Sequence record: MN101225.1
DNA from: Klebsiella phage KMI11
DNA: 64,000 nucleotides
Direction: 5' to 3' (one strand)
The notes under the pieces were generated by a model that was not told the DNA's origin, made no database searches, and saw nothing but the letters and a program-made list of their open reading frames with translations. Shown piece by piece: positions 59,704 through 64,000 of the stretch; the first letter of the stretch is position 1, and the number at the start of each line of letters is the position of its first letter. Position numbers and translations under genes: made by a program.

Positions 59704-60710
59704 AAACAATCGTAAAATCTTATTTTGGTTCACATCTGTATGGTACTTCAACTCCCGAGTCAGATGTGGATTTTAAAGAAATCTTTGTACCTCATCCGCG
59801 TGATATTCTGTTGTGTCAAGCGATGAATCATACTAATCGTAATACTAATAACAGCGCAACCAAAAATACGAAAGACGACGTCGACCATGAGCTGTTCAGC
59901 TTAAAGTATTTCTTCAAGCTCGCTGCTGACGGTGAAACTGTCGCGTTGGATATGCTGCATACTCCACCGGAATTGGTAGTTGCATCTGACCTTCCTGAAG
60001 TATGGAAATTCATTCAAGACAACCGAGCTCGTTTCTATACTACTGACATGAAGGCTTATCTTGGATATGTCCGTAAGCAAGCAGGTAAGTATGGCGTTAA
60101 GGGTTCTCGTTTAGCCGATTTACATAAAGTCCTGGATGTTATCAGAGATGTTCCTGAATGGAAATATGACGATCGTCCTCAGCAGAAGGGTATCAATGAG
60201 CGTTGGAAAGTACAGGATATCGCAGAGAAACTTCCTCTCGGTGAATTCCTCGAATGGACCACCTTCGTTGACCACAAATCAGGCGAGCAGAAGTTTTATA
60301 ACGTTCTGGGTCGTAAATTCCAGACGACTATCACTATCAAAGAGATGAAGTATTCTCTTGAGAAACTTGATGCTGAATATGGTGAACGTGCTCGTAAGGC
60401 AGAAGCTAACGAAGGCGTTGACTGGAAAGCACTGAGTCATGCTCTTCGTGCAGGTCTGCAGCTTCAGGAAATCTATATGACTGGTGACCTTCAATTCCCT
60501 CTGACCCATGCTAAAATGGTCAAGATGGTCAAAGCAGGTGAGTTACCGTTCAAAGAAGTACAGGAGCTTCTCGAGTCTGTAGTAGATGAAGTAGAAATTC
60601 TAGCTCATACTGCTGAAAAGAACGGAATGCCTAAGAAAGTAGACATGAAGTTCTGGGACGATTTCGTCGAGAAGGTTTATCTTGAAAACCACAATTCTTA
60701 CTACAAATGA
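59700..60710 (+). CDS. Pol-beta superfamily nucleotidyltransferase (cGAS/DncV-like GS..G..SDVD active-site motif)
   Basis: N-terminal GSHLYGTSTPESDVDF is a textbook h-G-S-x(n)-D-h-D NTase motif. A candidate third acidic residue sits in VALDML. The C-terminal half is alpha-helical, about 200 aa. Confidence 0.55.
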   Translation: MKTIVKSYFGSHLYGTSTPESDVDFKEIFVPHPRDILLCQAMNHTNRNTNNSATKNTKDDVDHELFSLKYFFKLAADGETVALDMLHTPPELVVASDLPEVWKFIQDNRARFYTTDMKAYLGYVRKQAGKYGVKGSRLADLHKVLDVIRDVPEWKYDDRPQQKGINERWKVQDIAEKLPLGEFLEWTTFVDHKSGEQKFYNVLGRKFQTTITIKEMKYSLEKLDAEYGERARKAEANEGVDWKALSHALRAGLQLQEIYMTGDLQFPLTHAKMVKMVKAGELPFKEVQELLESVVDEVEILAHTAEKNGMPKKVDMKFWDDFVEKVYLENHNSYYK

Positions 60711-60899
60711 TACAATGAAGGTCTTCTTGAATTACGGAAGACCTCATAAAGGTAGACGATGGTATTTGGAAGCAGTTTGTAGAGAGACTGGTCGTAGAGA
60801 GAATGCTAAGTTCTCTGCTCGACCTACTCGAAAACAAGTACATCGTTTTATGTCATGGGCCGGAGAAACTCTTCGGTTCTCACTTTACTGGGCTGAAAT

Positions 60900-61139
60900 A
60901 TGATTTTACTTTGGAGCATAGTAGTGCCAATCGTTGTTGCAATAATTTACTTTATCGTAGGTTGGTCTGTCTGCAAACATCTAATCAAAAACGGAACTAT
61001 TGAGAAGGTAGGAGAGTATTGGTTCTATCTCATCTTTTGGTTCCCTGCTTTTATTGTTGGAGCGATTATCATGTTCTTCCGCTGGGCAGGTAAACTTCCA
61101 AAGCGTATCGCAGAAAACGCTATCAACAAGCACGCATAA
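60900..61139 (+). CDS. small membrane protein
   Basis: Two TM helices; followed by a terminator. Confidence 0.4.
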   Translation: MILLWSIVVPIVVAIIYFIVGWSVCKHLIKNGTIEKVGEYWFYLIFWFPAFIVGAIIMFFRWAGKLPKRIAENAINKHA

Positions 61140-61140
61140 C

Positions 61141-61167
61141 TGAGGAGCCTTCGGGCTCCTCTTTTTG
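61141..61167 (+). terminator. rho-independent terminator
   Basis: GAGGAGCC-TTCG-GGCTCCTC hairpin followed by TTTTTGTTT. Confidence 0.7.
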
Positions 61168-61257
61168 TTTCAAAAGAATGCATAAAGTAGTATACAAGCT
61201 CGTTAGCTGATGATACTATAGACCTGTACCACCCAAACAGATACAACGGAGAATAAA

Positions 61258-61473
61258 ATGAAAACTTTAGAAATCGTCGTAAACAACATTGATAAAGCTT
61301 TTAAAGCTGCTGAAGCTCACGGTGTAGAATTTGAACCAATGATGGTGGGAGAAGCGTTCTCTAAGCTTGCTATCATCCGTGGTGAAACTGACAACTTGAT
61401 TGATTTTGTGGATGACTTCTATCTCGGTTCAAAGGTCCGTCCTTACTACATCAACGAAATTTTAGAAAAATAA
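61258..61473 (+). CDS. hypothetical protein
   Basis: 71-aa ORF with a GGAGAATAAAATG RBS. Confidence 0.45.
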   Translation: MKTLEIVVNNIDKAFKAAEAHGVEFEPMMVGEAFSKLAIIRGETDNLIDFVDDFYLGSKVRPYYINEILEK

Positions 61474-61475
61474 TT

Positions 61476-61514
61476 AAAAGCAGTTTACTTTGGAGCTGTA
61501 GAATGATACTATAG
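61476..61514 (+). promoter_or_regulatory. T4-type early promoter with an inverted repeat around the -10
   Basis: AAAAGCAGTTTAC (61483-61488) ... GGAGCT-GTAGAATGATACTAT-AGCTCC. Confidence 0.5.
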
Positions 61515-61549
61515 CTCCATCAAAACAAAACAGAGTAACGGAGAATAAA

Positions 61550-62527
61550 ATGTCAACTATCACCATCAAGAAAGGGATTTACTTCGGCAAAGAGATTTCA
61601 GGTACTTATGAGTTACTCGGTGAGTGGTTCCCGGATAGCTTAAGTGCTGAAGATTCTCGCCAGGGTGATGGTAAAGTCTTTGTTGAACTTAATGGTAAAA
61701 AGCGTGGTGTTTGGGTATTCAAAGATGATATTACAGTTGACGGTGTAGCTGCTAAAATTGAAGTTGTTGAATCCGTTGATGAAATGAAAGAGCGTATCAA
61801 GAAACGCTTTAACGTCATGGGATTAATGACTAACGGTTTAATCCACGGGAACATTCGTTCTCTGATTATCTCCGGAGCAGCAGGTATCGGTAAGACTTAC
61901 TCTTTGGATAAAGCATTACAACATGCTCATGATACTAACGCTATTGATTACAAATCAGTGAACGGTAAAATCTCAGGAATTGGTTTATACTGCCGTCTCT
62001 GGGAATCACGTGAAGCAAATTCAGTTCTGCTTATTGATGATGTGGATGTATTCTCTGATATGGACATTCTTAACCTTCTGAAAGCTGCTTTGGATTCAGG
62101 GGAGAAACGTAAAGTGTGTTGGAGCACTGCATCTTCTTTCTTGGAAGATAAAGGAATTCCTAATGAGTTTGAGTTTGAAGGTACTGTGGTCTTTATCACT
62201 AACGTTGATATTGACCGTGAATTAGAGCGCGGTTCTAAACTTGCTCCGCATCTTCAAGCTCTGGTATCACGTTCGGTTTATCTTGACCTTGGTGTTCACA
62301 CTAATGAAGAGATTATGGTTCGTGTTCAAGATGTAATAATGACCACTTCTATGTTACAGAACCGTGGGTTAAGAAATTCTGAAGTTATTGAAGTTTTGGA
62401 ATTTATGAAAGATAACGTAAATCGTCTGCGTAACGTATCTCTCCGTACTGCTCTTTATATTGGTGATTTCGTTGCGACTGACCGTAAAAACTGGCGTGAA
62501 ATTGCTGAAGTAACAATGCTGAAATAA
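61550..62527 (+). CDS. AAA+ ATPase
   Basis: Walker A GAAGIGKT, Walker B VLLIDDVD, sensor-like TN/TASS. Confidence 0.6.
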   Translation: MSTITIKKGIYFGKEISGTYELLGEWFPDSLSAEDSRQGDGKVFVELNGKKRGVWVFKDDITVDGVAAKIEVVESVDEMKERIKKRFNVMGLMTNGLIHGNIRSLIISGAAGIGKTYSLDKALQHAHDTNAIDYKSVNGKISGIGLYCRLWESREANSVLLIDDVDVFSDMDILNLLKAALDSGEKRKVCWSTASSFLEDKGIPNEFEFEGTVVFITNVDIDRELERGSKLAPHLQALVSRSVYLDLGVHTNEEIMVRVQDVIMTTSMLQNRGLRNSEVIEVLEFMKDNVNRLRNVSLRTALYIGDFVATDRKNWREIAEVTMLK

Positions 62528-62703
62528 TTTAAACGGGAGGAGAAATCCTCCCTAACTGAGGAAAATATAATGGCTACTTTAATTTCTAATGATGTAAAAC
62601 GTGTTCTCTTTAAAAGCGGAATGTATATCGTTGATACTCCTAAAGGTGATACCTCTTCCTGGACTATTAACGAGTGGATTAATTACATTGATGAAAATGG
62701 AGC

Positions 62704-63138
62704 GTGGGTACAATGAGTTTAGCAGCTATTAAAGATATTGAATGTTGGTTAAACGATATTAAAGTATATCCGCCTGGTCATATCTTTGCAGGTAAACCCA
62801 AGGGTAAAGCAGAGAAAGCCTGTGAAGCAATCTGTGAAAAGCTTTATAAGTTTAATTTTGGCGATAAGAAAAATGTATTAGCTGAAGTCCATTCTTCTTA
62901 TCATGAACTACGTGTAATGGTAAACGTATTTCGTGCTCCTCCGTTCATTGAGCTAAGGAAAGAATACGCTAATAAAGTATTTGATACTTTCCTTGCAAAT
63001 GTGCAGGATGCAGTAAAGCATTTAGACGAAATGCATAAACAACACCAAGATTTAAATGCCTATTATAAGCCTTGGCGTAAATCATACCAAGAGCTTAAAA
63101 ATCGTATTGAACTTATTCGTTATGAGGTGCTAAAATGA
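62704..63138 (+). CDS. hypothetical protein
   Basis: 144-aa ORF. Confidence 0.4.
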   Translation: MGTMSLAAIKDIECWLNDIKVYPPGHIFAGKPKGKAEKACEAICEKLYKFNFGDKKNVLAEVHSSYHELRVMVNVFRAPPFIELRKEYANKVFDTFLANVQDAVKHLDEMHKQHQDLNAYYKPWRKSYQELKNRIELIRYEVLK

Positions 63139-63470
63139 AATGGGTAATGACAGAAAGTGAAGCCTATGCAGCGTATGTTTCACCAGACGATCGCCGTAGT
63201 GAGTTGTTTGGTTATTATGGTTCATATTGCGTTGCCGAAGAAGCAGTTAAGGGGCAGTCTTGGTGGGGCTCAGATGGTACAGTTAATCGTAAGCCAACGG
63301 AACTAATTACATTCACCGATGAAAATGGCGAATCATGGACTTTTCCTAAAAGCGCTGCTATTAGTGTTCAGGAAGAAACACCTGAAGCTAAGCGTAAACG
63401 GTTGGAAAAAATTAAAGAAGCCGCTTTGGCTAAATTAAATCCTGATGAACGCGAGGCGCTCGGATTATGA
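63135..63470 (+). CDS. hypothetical protein
   Basis: 111-aa ORF, ATGA-coupled. Confidence 0.4.
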   Translation: MKWVMTESEAYAAYVSPDDRRSELFGYYGSYCVAEEAVKGQSWWGSDGTVNRKPTELITFTDENGESWTFPKSAAISVQEETPEAKRKRLEKIKEAALAKLNPDEREALGL

Positions 63471-63787
63471 ACAAAGAATTTAGTACTACTCGTATGGTAG
63501 ATGCTTTTGGATATCCGTGCAACGGTTATCGTGAATTTATTCACCCGGAAGTTGAAAATCAATTTAAAGAAGTTGTAAGAAATATTTTGATCAATGCATT
63601 TAAAACTCAAGGAACTAACCCGAGAGATTTAGGCATTTATCTTGAAGAAGCCATCAGAGACGTACAAAAGAGCGTATCGGCTAAACTTCACTGGGCTGAA
63701 GAAAATATTGCTTGGTCAAACAAGAAACGTTCTGATTTAAATTGGCCCGCTGACCGTGAACAAATTGTCAATTATGCTAAAGGGTAA
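63467..63787 (+). CDS. hypothetical protein
   Basis: 106-aa ORF, ATGA-coupled. Confidence 0.4.
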   Translation: MNKEFSTTRMVDAFGYPCNGYREFIHPEVENQFKEVVRNILINAFKTQGTNPRDLGIYLEEAIRDVQKSVSAKLHWAEENIAWSNKKRSDLNWPADREQIVNYAKG

Positions 63788-63790
63788 CCC

Positions 63791-64000
63791 ATGTTTAACA
63801 CTTTAGAGTCGATACATGCGTATTACGAAGGGCAGTTAAATGCTGCCCGAACCAAGTATACACGAGGGATGGAGGAATCTGCGGAATGTCTCAAAGGTAT
63901 TCAGACGTTTGCCCAGAAGACCCAGAACCTCATCTTGATGGACCGTAAACAGGTCTCATTGGCTGAAGAGCTAAAAGCCTCTAAGATGATTATAGAAGAC
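63791..64000 (+). CDS. 5' portion of a CDS that runs off the end of the window
   Basis: The frame stays open from the ATG at 63791 to the window edge (70 codons). Confidence 0.4.
   Translation, partial: MFNTLESIHAYYEGQLNAARTKYTRGMEESAECLKGIQTFAQKTQNLILMDRKQVSLAEELKASKMIIED

Noticed and set aside
60682-61003. Two overlapping small ORFs (60682-60903 and 60803-61003) downstream of the nucleotidyltransferase gene
   Set aside because: They overlap each other and the better-supported membrane-protein ORF at 60900-61139 in different frames, and no convincing RBS was seen.

Overview
This window is a T4-like (Tevenvirinae) myovirus segment, in reverse orientation relative to the T4 map. Identification rests on recalled similarity to T4 proteins and on gene order.

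- Positions 447-4422 (+): hoc, three small ORFs, rnlB (RNA ligase 2), then an extra DprA/Smf-like ORF that is absent from my recollection of T4. These converge on gene 24.
- Positions 4452-34634 (-): the complete late morphogenetic block. In order: 24, 23 (major capsid), 22, 21, 68, 67, 20 (portal), 19, 18, 17/16 (terminase), 15, 14, 13, wac, 12, 11, 10, 9, 8, 7, 6, 5.4 (PAAR), 5.1, 5 (spike-lysozyme), 53.
- Positions 34684-37992 (+): 4, 2, 3, 1 (dNMP kinase), 57A, 57B.
- Positions 39048-43757 (+): an expanded tRNA region. I parse 16 canonical tRNAs: Tyr, Lys, a type-II tRNA with anticodon GUU, Asp, Met, Gln, His, Ser, Ile, Trp, Gly, Pro, Arg, Leu, Thr, and a second Met-like. There are also three tRNA-like RNAs carrying insertions and one structured intergenic RNA. 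A strong terminator at 43959-43986 closes the region.
- Positions 44199-64000 (+): a long early-gene region with T4-type GTTTAC...TACTAT early promoters. Recognisable genes are nudE, e (lysozyme), three internal-protein genes with the MKTY[KQ]EFI(T/L)E capsid-targeting leader, a GrcA-like glycyl-radical protein, regB, tk and rI.

Noteworthy accessory content:
- a NADAR-domain protein sitting between the two tRNA clusters;
- a TARG1/DarG-like macrodomain protein;
- a 336-aa nucleotidyltransferase with a cGAS/DncV-like GS..G..SDVD motif;
- a cluster of three signal-peptide proteins, one of them SLT-like;
- a DksA/TraR-type zinc-finger protein;
- an AAA+ ATPase.

All calls are from reading the sequence and the ORF track only; no searches were run.
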